Shown here one piece after another: positions 27,354 to 35,732 of a stretch of DNA of 64,000 nucleotides. Under the pieces are notes generated by a model. It ran no database searches. It was not told where the DNA came from and saw nothing but the letters and a program-made list of their open reading frames with translations. Each line of letters begins with the position of its first letter. Positions within the stretch are counted from its first letter, which is position 1. This stretch comes from a candidate division WOR-3 bacterium UBA2258 (GTDB lineage: Bacteria > Hydrothermota > Tepidihabitantia > Tepidihabitantales > Tepidihabitantaceae), in contig DDXO01000120.1 of the NCBI GenBank assembly GCA_002347155.1, positions 17,709 through 81,708 of the forward strand, read 5' to 3'. Both the position numbers and the translations under genes were made by a program.

Positions 27354-28521
27354 GAAAGCGCGAAAGGCGAAGGTAAACCCGGCACCTCAGCCGATGCCGG
27401 ACATGACCGTGCCGCCGCCGGGTCTCATGCGATTTCCCAAGTCGGTTGACCTTTCGCTCACTGGACGCTGCAACCTCAAGTGCCGCTACTGCTTCTACGC
27501 CGACGAGATGACCGCGCTCAATGACATGCCGGCGGAGCGCTGGCACGCCTTGTTCGAAGAACTCAGCAGGCTTGGTGTTCACAATGTCTGCCTCTCGGGC
27601 GGTGAGGTCTTCACCCGCCCCGACCTGTTTGAGCTGATCGATGGTGTAATCGCGAACAAAATGCGCTACAACATACTCACCAACGGCACGCTCATCACCG
27701 AGGACACGCTGGAGGAATTCGCGAAGGGCAAGCGCCGTCTGAGGCTGAGTTCAGTCCAGGTTTCAATAGATGGGTCCTGCGCCGAGATTCATGACAAGAG
27801 CCGGCCCCCGAAGAGCTTCGACCGGGCCCTGCGCGGCCTCCGTCTGCTCAAGCAGGCCAAGTTCCCGGTGACCGTGCGCGTGACCGTCAACCGGGCTAAC
27901 GTGAACGACCTGCCCAACATCGCCCGACTGCTGCTCGAGGATGTGGGTCTTGGCGCGTTCAGCACGAACGAGGCTGACCAGATGGGTTCTGCCCGGTGCT
28001 ATGGCGACAGCACAGTCCTCACTCGCTCCGAGCGAAAGCAGGCGATGGAGACTCTGGCGAGGCTGAACAAGCAATACGGAGGCAGAATCAGCGCCACTGC
28101 CGGACCACTTGCCACGGCTACAAACTTCGCCCAGATTGAGGAGGCAATCGCGCAGGGGAAGACCGGCATGCCAGGCCGGGGTACCCTGTGTTCCTGCGGC
28201 GGGGTTTTCCAGAAACTGGCTGTACTCCACGACGGAACAATCGTCCCCTGCAATATGCTGCCCAAGCTCGTCATGGGCGTCTACGGTCACCAGTCACTCG
28301 CCGAGGTCTGGCGCAACAGCCCTGCGGTCAATGTCGTTCGCTACCGGCGCCAGATACCAATACTGTCGTTGCCCGAGTGCAAGGACTGCTCGTACGCCGG
28401 TTTCTGCACTGGCGGCTGCCCGGCCTCGGTCATGGCCAAGTTCGACAGGTTGAACGCCCGTGACCCTCTAGTCTGCTACCGCATCTTCAAAGGAGAGGAG
28501 AAACAAAGTGTCGATATGTGA
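27343..28521 (+). CDS. radical SAM / SPASM-domain peptide-modifying enzyme 1
   Basis: CNLKCRYC (CxxxCxxC) rSAM cluster. C-terminal SPASM cysteines CSCGG...PCN...CKDCSYAGFCTGGCP. Start ATG 27343 overlaps the upstream stop. Confidence 0.9.
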   Translation: MPAKKARKAKVNPAPQPMPDMTVPPPGLMRFPKSVDLSLTGRCNLKCRYCFYADEMTALNDMPAERWHALFEELSRLGVHNVCLSGGEVFTRPDLFELIDGVIANKMRYNILTNGTLITEDTLEEFAKGKRRLRLSSVQVSIDGSCAEIHDKSRPPKSFDRALRGLRLLKQAKFPVTVRVTVNRANVNDLPNIARLLLEDVGLGAFSTNEADQMGSARCYGDSTVLTRSERKQAMETLARLNKQYGGRISATAGPLATATNFAQIEEAIAQGKTGMPGRGTLCSCGGVFQKLAVLHDGTIVPCNMLPKLVMGVYGHQSLAEVWRNSPAVNVVRYRRQIPILSLPECKDCSYAGFCTGGCPASVMAKFDRLNARDPLVCYRIFKGEEKQSVDM

Positions 28522-29686
28522 GCCGGTCCCCAGTCCCCAGTCCCCAGTCCCCAGTCCCTTAGACCTACCTGAGGGTGTACCGGCTTTGCGGGCGTTCTAT
28601 CTCTACATGTCCAATACCTGCAACCTCCGTTGTCGCCACTGCTGGATAACGCCGGGATTCGGCGACGGCAAGGAGACGCCAGGCGATTTTGTGGACCCCG
28701 AGGCGCTGCGTCAAGCCGTGGTCGAAGCCAAACCGCTCGGGCTTTGCTCGGTGAAGCTGACCGGTGGCGAACCGATGCTCCATCCCCGTTTCATGGAAAT
28801 CGCGGACCTGTTGACGGCGGAGGGGATGCACATGGACATGGAGACCAATGGCACCCTCATGACCGCTGAGAAGGCGCGTCATCTGAAAGAAAAGACGAGT
28901 GTCACATTCATCTCGGTCAGCCTGGATGCACCTGACGCCCGCTCGCACGACAGCTTCCGTGGAGTACCCGGCGCGTTCGACGCAGCCGTGCGCGGGCTCG
29001 ATTGCCTGGTGAACGCCGGGTACAGAAACTGCCAGGTTATCATGAGCGTTCACAAGGGCAATCGCCACCAGGTCGAGGAAGTTGTCGCTCTTGCCGCAGC
29101 CCATGGTGCAAATTCGGTGAAGTTCAACCCGGTCACCAGGACCGGCCGGGGCGCGGCAATGGAGGAAAGCGGCGAGGTAATGGACTACGACGAGCATCTC
29201 GCCTTTGCGCGGTATGTGTCAACCGAGCTACGTCCGAAAGCCCGGGTTGGAGTCATCCTCAATATGCCCCCGGCCTTGTCATCGATGCGCGACCTCTTGC
29301 GTACCCACGGCCGGACCGGTGACTGCGGTGTTTTGCGCATCCTTGGGGTATTGGGGAATGGCGACATCGCCCTGTGTGGCATCGGCCGGACAGTCCCGGA
29401 ACTGGTCTACGGGAAACTCGGCCGCGACAGCATTCGCGACATCTGGTTCTCCAACCCGACGATCCTCGGTCTGCGCCGAGCCCTGACGGACGTTGATGCG
29501 CTGCCGCTCCCCTGCGCCAAGTGTCTGTTCGTGAGGACATGTCGCACCGGGTGCGTGGCGAACAACTACACGGAAAGCGGGTCGTTGATTGCGCCGACCT
29601 GGCTGTGCGCGGAGGCTGAACGCCGCGGCGTCTTCCCGGGCAAGCGAGCGCAGAGAAGGACGTCTGGGGGCGAAAGAAAGGGATAG
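28508..29686 (+). CDS. radical SAM / SPASM-domain peptide-modifying enzyme 2
   Basis: CNLRCRHC; SPASM CGIGRT...CAKCLFVRTCRTGCV. GTG start overlaps rSAM-1 by 14 nt. The N-terminus contains the (CCCCAGT)4-encoded PVPSPQSPVPSP. Confidence 0.9.
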   Translation: MSICEPVPSPQSPVPSPLDLPEGVPALRAFYLYMSNTCNLRCRHCWITPGFGDGKETPGDFVDPEALRQAVVEAKPLGLCSVKLTGGEPMLHPRFMEIADLLTAEGMHMDMETNGTLMTAEKARHLKEKTSVTFISVSLDAPDARSHDSFRGVPGAFDAAVRGLDCLVNAGYRNCQVIMSVHKGNRHQVEEVVALAAAHGANSVKFNPVTRTGRGAAMEESGEVMDYDEHLAFARYVSTELRPKARVGVILNMPPALSSMRDLLRTHGRTGDCGVLRILGVLGNGDIALCGIGRTVPELVYGKLGRDSIRDIWFSNPTILGLRRALTDVDALPLPCAKCLFVRTCRTGCVANNYTESGSLIAPTWLCAEAERRGVFPGKRAQRRTSGGERKG

Positions 29687-29840
29687 ATGGATTCCGCGCC
29701 AGTGGAACACGAAAACGGAATGAAACGTGGACATGTGGAATCCGTCACGCATTCATTTAGTGCCCCTGGCCTCGGCTGCCCCTGTCCGACAGTGCGTGCT
29801 TTCGTGGCTCCAGTGTCGGATTCAGGAGAACGGGTTTTGC

Positions 29841-29870
29841 TTGACATGGAGGGCAGGGGGGGTGTAGAAT
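29841..29870 (+). promoter_or_regulatory. sigma70-like promoter upstream of precursor A (TTGACA-N18-TAGAAT)
   Basis: ttgacatggagggcagggggggtgtagaat, ~60 nt upstream of the precursor A start codon. This is the only consensus-like -35/-10 pair I saw in the cluster. Confidence 0.4.
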
Positions 29871-29929
29871 GATGTCGCCTACCAACCAGAGAGGGCTACA
29901 GGTCCGATAAAGTACTTAGGAGGTTAGTG

Positions 29930-30190
29930 ATGCCAGAAAAAGACGAGTCCAAGTATGACGCTCCGAGAGCAGTGCGGCTTGTTGATGCTGCGAGCGCACG
30001 GGGCAGTTGTTATTCCGGGGACACTCCCGGTGAAAGCTGCTACGACGGTAGCAACGACGTGTCGTGCAATACAGGTACCGGTGCACAGGCTTACTGCGTC
30101 AACAATGGCAGTAATGCCGCCGGCTGTGACGTAGGCAACTCTCCTGCGGTGAAGGGCTGCGAAGCAGGCCTCGGAGTCCACGCGCTGTAG
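29930..30190 (+). CDS. RiPP precursor peptide A (86 aa; leader about 1-23, core with 6 regularly spaced Cys)
   Basis: MPEKDESKYDAPRAVRLVDAASA|RGSCYSGDTPGESCYDGSNDVSCNTGTGAQAYCVNNGSNAAGCDVGNSPAVKGCEAGLGVHAL. AGGAGG RBS is 6 nt upstream. Shares the leader motif YDAPRAxRLxDxAxA-RG with 32214-32498. Confidence 0.7.
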   Translation: MPEKDESKYDAPRAVRLVDAASARGSCYSGDTPGESCYDGSNDVSCNTGTGAQAYCVNNGSNAAGCDVGNSPAVKGCEAGLGVHAL

Positions 30191-30198
30191 CAGAAGCC

Positions 30199-30265
30199 AA
30201 GGTCCTGTCGTCCGAAGCGGCAGACAGAGAACCTGCCTGGGTGTCCATGTAGGATGACAGGACCT
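30199..30265 (+). other. stem-loop downstream of precursor A (aaggtcctgtcgtcc ... ggatgacaggacct)
   Basis: 10-14 bp stem, no U-tract; possible transcript-stabilising or attenuating hairpin. Confidence 0.3.
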
Positions 30266-30396
30266 CGGACGGACGGAGCCTCGCAGTCTTGGCGCGGAAC
30301 GGAAACGAAGAACGCTGTTGTCTCTCGTTCATTTCGTGATGTGGGCTTGGCTGTGCAAGCTGAGGCACACGCAGCGGGCGGCTAGAAGGAAAACGC

Positions 30397-32202
30397 TTGG
30401 TGTCCAGAACTGAGCAATCCCAGGTTTCGCAGCGCCCTTTGAGACTAGAACTGGCTGACGGCAGTCGGTGGACGATTATCGGTGCGGACGAGCCGTCAGT
30501 CCTCGTAGTGTCAGAACTGGGCAAAACCATGCGCCTTATGCCCGGCGCTGTGGGTCGCGAGCTGTACGCAGTCGTGTCTTGTGACAGACATCACGACCCG
30601 CAGAAGCCGAGCCGGAACGGCGCGGCTGTGTGCTGGCTTTCCCCGTTGCTCGATCGAAGCCTGCAGATCATCCAGATGGAGAGAATCGCGAAGTTGATTG
30701 CGTTGGAGTCTCTATCGCAGGGCGGTTTGCTTCTCCACTGTGCACTGGCCGAGTACAAGGGAGCTGGCTACGTGATGGCCGGACCCAGCGGAGTCGGCAA
30801 GAGCACCGCCAGCAATCGACTTCCGCTGCCCCATCGTTCGCTATGCGACGACCGGACCCTCGTCGTGCGAGACTCCACCGGCCAGTACTGGGCGCATCCC
30901 TGGCCGACTTGGAGCCAGTTGCACGACGGGAGAGACTCTTCGTGGCCGGTCGAAAACGCCGTCCCACTGCGGGGAATGTTCTTTCTCGGCCAATCCGCGT
31001 CTGTGCGACTCCAGCCGACAGGCCGGACGCAAACGACTGCTCTGATAATGGAATCGGCATTCGACCTTATCCTGGCGATCGCGAGGCTGTCCGAAGTCAG
31101 CGCTTCCACGAAACTCTGGGAAAACCACCTTGGTGCGGCCAAGGCTCTGGCTGCCGCAGTGCCGGCCTATTCACTTGAGATGAGCCTTGACGGCGAATTC
31201 TGGAATGAGATAGAGCAGGTACTGACCGTTATCGGCGATGACGGGGCCAGACAACCGCCTCCCGGCAAGCAGCAGTCCTCGCTCGACTTTCTCCGTGCCG
31301 GTGCACACAACTCCGAGGCGTTCCCGTCAGAAACGGGCGACGGCAGGCTGCGCGCCGTCTGTCTGGGAAGCGCCATGAACCTGACGCTGGCGGAAGCTGA
31401 CATACTCGAAGTCGAACCCTACGGCCGGCGCCGGGTTCGTCCGGGAGACGTCGTCTGCTTCATGTCTCCCGAGAATGCTGAGACGTGTGTGCGGCGTGTC
31501 GTGTCAGTCGAGGGTCGAGGGACGAGGGACGAAGGACTGCGGGACGCAATCCTGACGCGCGGTGACAACAACCCAAACAATGACCCGTGGCTCTTACGGA
31601 GCGAGGACATTGTCGGACGGGTTGTCGCCGCGCGACGCGGCTCTCGCCGGCGACCGATAGACGGAGGTCTGAGGGGACGGATGACAGCCGTACTGCTGCG
31701 CGGCCTGTGGTCGTTACGAGCATTCGGCCAAAGGGTACCTCTTCGTTTGCGGGAGGTTGCCATTAGAGTTGGCTCGCTCGAAGGCGCGCTTCCTCAGTAC
31801 CTCAGGCCCCGGCTGGTGAAGTTCAACGGACGCCACTGGGTGAAACTCAAGCTGCTGCTCGCCGAACGAGAGATCGGACGTTACGACTGCTATGCTCAGG
31901 CGTGGCGTGTTCGGCAGCCGTTTCGTATGTTGCTGGACCTGAGCAAGTTACCGGGGCGATCGATATGGAGCCGTGCCAACTTAGCGGGGGCGCGTCTGCG
32001 ACCCGCACGAAGGCACGAGGAGAACGGTCTGCTGACGGCGTCCAGGACGGCCTTTGCGGCCGGACGCGGTGATTCAGCGAAAAGAGATCCAACAGAATCG
32101 TCGGGCAGTGCCCGGCGACAGAGAAGTGCCAACCGCGCCGCCTCGACCATCGTCGAGGCGGCGGTCGAATTCGTGACCAGTGAACCGGAGAACATACCTT
32201 AA
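30397..32202 (+). CDS. HprK-related kinase (P-loop GPSGVGKST) fused to a catalytically inactive S26/signal-peptidase-like domain
   Basis: N-terminal half ...LHCALAEYKGAGYVMAGPSGVGKSTASN resembles the HPr kinase C-terminal domain. The C-terminal half aligns with the S26 peptidase at 34891-35685 (ILEVEPYGRRRVRPGDVVCFMSPE, TRGDNNPNNDPW), but it has GSAMNLTL where the paralogue has GPSMNPTL and RRV where the paralogue has HRV. Confidence 0.75.
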   Translation: MVSRTEQSQVSQRPLRLELADGSRWTIIGADEPSVLVVSELGKTMRLMPGAVGRELYAVVSCDRHHDPQKPSRNGAAVCWLSPLLDRSLQIIQMERIAKLIALESLSQGGLLLHCALAEYKGAGYVMAGPSGVGKSTASNRLPLPHRSLCDDRTLVVRDSTGQYWAHPWPTWSQLHDGRDSSWPVENAVPLRGMFFLGQSASVRLQPTGRTQTTALIMESAFDLILAIARLSEVSASTKLWENHLGAAKALAAAVPAYSLEMSLDGEFWNEIEQVLTVIGDDGARQPPPGKQQSSLDFLRAGAHNSEAFPSETGDGRLRAVCLGSAMNLTLAEADILEVEPYGRRRVRPGDVVCFMSPENAETCVRRVVSVEGRGTRDEGLRDAILTRGDNNPNNDPWLLRSEDIVGRVVAARRGSRRRPIDGGLRGRMTAVLLRGLWSLRAFGQRVPLRLREVAIRVGSLEGALPQYLRPRLVKFNGRHWVKLKLLLAEREIGRYDCYAQAWRVRQPFRMLLDLSKLPGRSIWSRANLAGARLRPARRHEENGLLTASRTAFAAGRGDSAKRDPTESSGSARRQRSANRAASTIVEAAVEFVTSEPENIP

Positions 32203-32213
32203 GGAGGTACGAC

Positions 32214-32498
32214 ATGGATAATCAGAAGAGCCCGGAGCCGAACGAGCGCGTTCGCTCTGGATATGATGCACCACGTGCCCAGAGACTGAGCGACGTGGCA
32301 CCGGCACGCGGCGATGACTGCGGTCCAGGCAACGCCGCAGATCCTGGGCAATGCAGTGGCAACGGCAGTGCTGCTCAGAATACCTGCACCAATGGCGGCC
32401 AGGCGGTTGCCTGCAAGGACAACGGCAACATAGCGACTCTCTCGTGTTATGGCGGGAGTGGCGCAACCGAGTGCGGTAACGGAAACTCAGCCATATAG
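32214..32498 (+). CDS. RiPP precursor peptide B (94 aa; leader about 1-31, core with 6 regularly spaced Cys)
   Basis: MDNQKSPEPNERVRSGYDAPRAQRLSDVAPA|RGDDCGPGNAADPGQCSGNGSAAQNTCTNGGQAVACKDNGNIATLSCYGGSGATECGNGNSAI. AAGGAGG RBS overlaps the kinase stop codon. Confidence 0.7.
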   Translation: MDNQKSPEPNERVRSGYDAPRAQRLSDVAPARGDDCGPGNAADPGQCSGNGSAAQNTCTNGGQAVACKDNGNIATLSCYGGSGATECGNGNSAI

Positions 32499-32647
32499 GC
32501 ATCGGATAAGGCAGAGAGTCGAAACCAAGACTGACTGCTGTCGGGTTGGCTGACCCTTCGCGGGGAGCAGGCCGGCGTAGGCAACCGGGACGCACGCGGG
32601 GAGGCGTCTGCTAAACGTCCCCTTCCTGCAGCACTTGGTAAGATAGA

Positions 32648-32694
32648 CCGGGCCGGAGTCCCGCAATCCGGCCCGGTTGGTTCTTGTTGCTTGC
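32648..32694 (+). terminator. rho-independent terminator after precursor B
   Basis: accgggccgga-gtcccgcaa-tccggcccggt followed by tggttcttgttgcttg. Confidence 0.6.
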
Positions 32695-32982
32695 GAAGTA
32701 CCCTGCTGCAGGCCTTGGCCGGAATGGCTGTACGCCCGCGTGGTGGCAAAGGGGCCAGTGGTGACCAAAAGAGGTGAACCGCTGAGTCCCCGCCACGGAG
32801 TGGGACTTCAGACGCAAGATCCGGAGCGCCTGCTGTCTGACAGTAATCGCATCGGCCAATCAACATTGAACCCCTGGTTCCCCCACTCCGTCCCTTTGCT
32901 GCATTCGAGCTAGATAATGTCGGTTCTGGGGTACTGAGATGACTTGCCCGGTATATCTGCTTTGGTAGACTGCTGACGGCCG

Positions 32983-34845
32983 ATGGATTCACAACCAGCA
33001 GAAGACTCGCGACCCGGGATGGTCGAGACCCTGAAACAGGGTCTGCATCTGGGTCGCGCGCTTCGTCTCGTCTGGTCCATCGCTCCGGGCTGGGCGGTGA
33101 TGAACCTTGTCCTGGTTTTCGTGCAGGGATTCATGCCTCTGCTTGCACCCTACTTCATGAAGCGCACCATCGATGCCCTGCAGGCCGCCATGGCGATGCA
33201 GACCGGCCTTACCGCCTTTCGCCCGGTCCTATTCTGGGTCATTCTTGCCGCCGCGGCAGCGTTACTGTCAGCGCTGCTTAACTCATTCTCCGGGCTGGCC
33301 GGCCAGTACCAGTCCATGGTTTTTTCCGACAAGGTGACCGACATTGTGCACAGCCAGTCGGTCGCGGTTGACCTTGAGTACTACGAAAATCCCAGCTACT
33401 ACAACACCATGCAGCGAGCTCAGGTCGAGGCACATTCCCGGCCCATCGGTGTTGTCAACCGCCTCGTCACCATCGGCAGGAGCATGGTTTCGCTCGTCGG
33501 GGTCGCCGGCTTGCTCCTCGCTTTCAATCCGCTGGTCGCACTGGCCCTCTTCTGTGTGGCCTTGCCCGGAGCGCTTGTGCAGTCGGTCTTTGCGCGCCGC
33601 CAGTACCGCCTTGAACTGGCGCAGACCGAGAAAGAACGCCAGGCGTCATACTATCACTTCATGCTGACCGGTTCGTGGTTTGCCAAGGAACTGCGGTTGT
33701 TCAACCTGGGGTCTTTGTTTCGGACCCGGTTCCAAGGCCTGCGTCAGCAACTACGCGGAACGAGACTGGCCTTGTCCCGGCGGCGCACCGTTGCCGGTCT
33801 GCTGGCCGGGTCCCTGACCTCAGGGGCTATCTTCGGCTCCCTGGCCTTCGTTGCCTATCAGGCCTACCTGGGGAAAACCACGCTCGGCAGTCTCGTGATG
33901 TACTACTCCATTTTCCAGCTCGCAGTCGGCTCATTCTCGAGCGTACTGAGCGGAGTGGCCGGACTCTACGAAGACAACCTCTTCCTCACCAATTTCTACA
34001 AATTCATGGACCTGAAGCCGCGGGTCATGGTGCCGGCGAGTCCGGCCCCGACTCCGACCCGAATCAGTCAGGGCGTCGCGTTCCATGACGTGCACTTCGC
34101 GTACCCGAGCGACTCCCGGACGGTGCTGGATGGGGTCAACCTGAATATCGCTCCGGGCCAGGTTGTTGCGCTGGTTGGCGCAAACGGCTCTGGCAAGACC
34201 ACGCTGGTTAAGCTCCTGTGCCGGCTCTACGACCCGGACTCGGGCACTATCACTGTTGACGGCACCGACCTCCGACGTCTGGACCCGGTGGGATGGCGCC
34301 GGAAAGTCAGCGTCATCTTGCAGGACTATGTTCAGTATGGCATGACAGCCTGGGAGAACATCTGGATGGGCGACGCGGAAAGAGAGCCGGACCGGAGCCG
34401 AATCACCCGGGCGGCCGAACTCTCCGGCGCTGACTCGGCAATCAGGAAACTGCCCCAGGGGTATGACACTCCGCTGGGCTTTCAGTTCAAGCGCGGCCGG
34501 GAGCTGAGCATCGGCGAGTGGCAGAAAGTGGCTCTGGCTCGTGCGTTCCTCCGCGATTCGGAACTGGTCGTCCTGGACGAGCCCACCAGCTCACTCGACC
34601 CTTTGGCCGAGGCCGAGGTATTCGACCACTTCCGACGAGCTATACGGGGCAGAAGCGCGGTGCTCATCAGCCATCGCTTCTCCACCGTGAAGATGGCCGA
34701 CTACATCTATGTCCTCGACCACGGTCGGGTCGCGGAGTCCGGCACCCACCAGGAACTCTTCGACCGGGGCGGCCTCTATGCCCATCTCTACTCAGTCCAG
34801 GCCGCCCGGTATCAGGCCCAGCCAACAGACCAGCGTGCAGGCTGA
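32983..34845 (+). CDS. ABC exporter, fused permease/ATP-binding protein
   Basis: N-terminal 6-TM domain. Walker A GANGSGKTT, signature LSIGEWQKVALARAF, Walker B LVVLDEPTSSLD. Confidence 0.9.
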   Translation: MDSQPAEDSRPGMVETLKQGLHLGRALRLVWSIAPGWAVMNLVLVFVQGFMPLLAPYFMKRTIDALQAAMAMQTGLTAFRPVLFWVILAAAAALLSALLNSFSGLAGQYQSMVFSDKVTDIVHSQSVAVDLEYYENPSYYNTMQRAQVEAHSRPIGVVNRLVTIGRSMVSLVGVAGLLLAFNPLVALALFCVALPGALVQSVFARRQYRLELAQTEKERQASYYHFMLTGSWFAKELRLFNLGSLFRTRFQGLRQQLRGTRLALSRRRTVAGLLAGSLTSGAIFGSLAFVAYQAYLGKTTLGSLVMYYSIFQLAVGSFSSVLSGVAGLYEDNLFLTNFYKFMDLKPRVMVPASPAPTPTRISQGVAFHDVHFAYPSDSRTVLDGVNLNIAPGQVVALVGANGSGKTTLVKLLCRLYDPDSGTITVDGTDLRRLDPVGWRRKVSVILQDYVQYGMTAWENIWMGDAEREPDRSRITRAAELSGADSAIRKLPQGYDTPLGFQFKRGRELSIGEWQKVALARAFLRDSELVVLDEPTSSLDPLAEAEVFDHFRRAIRGRSAVLISHRFSTVKMADYIYVLDHGRVAESGTHQELFDRGGLYAHLYSVQAARYQAQPTDQRAG

Positions 34846-34890
34846 AGGAAAGGTGAAGGTCCAGGTAGAGGTAGAGGCAAAGGCAGAGGA
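34846..34890. repeat. intergenic spacer made entirely of purine-rich hexamer repeats
   Basis: gaaggaaaggtgaaggtccaggtagaggtagaggcaaaggcagagga lies between the ABC stop and the S26 start. Confidence 0.6.
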
Positions 34891-35685
34891 ATGACTGAGG
34901 GACAGCAGCGGACGGCAGGCCCCGGGAAGGGAGAACCAGATGCGCTTGCTTCGAACAGGCCGGGCTGGACGGCCGACTTCCCTTCGGTTGAGTCAATCGT
35001 AGTCGACGGTCGGCGGCGCGTCGTCTATACCGGGCCCAGCATGAATCCGACCCTGCGCGTGCCGGACATCCTGTGGGTAGAACCATATGGGAAAAGGCCT
35101 GTACGAGCCGGAGATGTCGTCTGCTTCGCGTCGCCTGAGCTTGACACCAACATCGTACACCGCGTCATCTCCGTCCGTCCTTCGTCCCCAGTCCCTGGTC
35201 CCTCGTCTCCCGTCTCCGGTCTCCGGTCTTCCGTCCTCGGTCTTCCGTCTCCGGTCGCCATCCGGACGCAGGGCGACAATAACCCATTGGCCGACACCCG
35301 GGTTCTTGCGCCTGCTGACCTATTGGGGCGGGTAGTGGCGGCGCAGCGCGGCACGCGGCTCCGTTCCATCCATGGTGGCCACGCCGGCCTGATGGTCGCT
35401 TGGAGTGTAAAGCTGGGAAAGGCGATCTGGGGGGTCGTTGCCGGCGTCGCGAGCGCCGTCTACCAGAGCCTCATCCAGGGAAGTCGGTTTGGCTTCCTGC
35501 TGCCCGGCGGCCTGAGACCCAGACTGGTCTCCTTCAAAGGACGTGACGCACCGATCTTCAGGGTGCTTATGGGCGGTCGGACGGTCGGACACTATGACTA
35601 TCGCTACCATCAGTGGCACATCCGGCGACCATTCCGCTTGTTCGTGGACGAACGTACCCTACCCGACCCGAAGTCCAAGGACTAG
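34891..35685 (+). CDS. signal peptidase I-like S26 peptidase, SipW/Sec11 (Ser/His) type, probably the leader peptidase
   Basis: GPSMNPTL (box B Ser) and IVHRVISV (box D His) both intact; RTQGDNNPLAD box. In-frame insert of CCGTCT-family repeats (PSSPVPGPSSPVSGLRSSVLGLPSPV) at 35170-35258. Confidence 0.75.
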   Translation: MTEGQQRTAGPGKGEPDALASNRPGWTADFPSVESIVVDGRRRVVYTGPSMNPTLRVPDILWVEPYGKRPVRAGDVVCFASPELDTNIVHRVISVRPSSPVPGPSSPVSGLRSSVLGLPSPVAIRTQGDNNPLADTRVLAPADLLGRVVAAQRGTRLRSIHGGHAGLMVAWSVKLGKAIWGVVAGVASAVYQSLIQGSRFGFLLPGGLRPRLVSFKGRDAPIFRVLMGGRTVGHYDYRYHQWHIRRPFRLFVDERTLPDPKSKD

Positions 35686-35732
35686 TTTATGGTTGCAGGT
35701 TCTAAGTTCCTGGTTTCCGGCTCGGAATCGAA

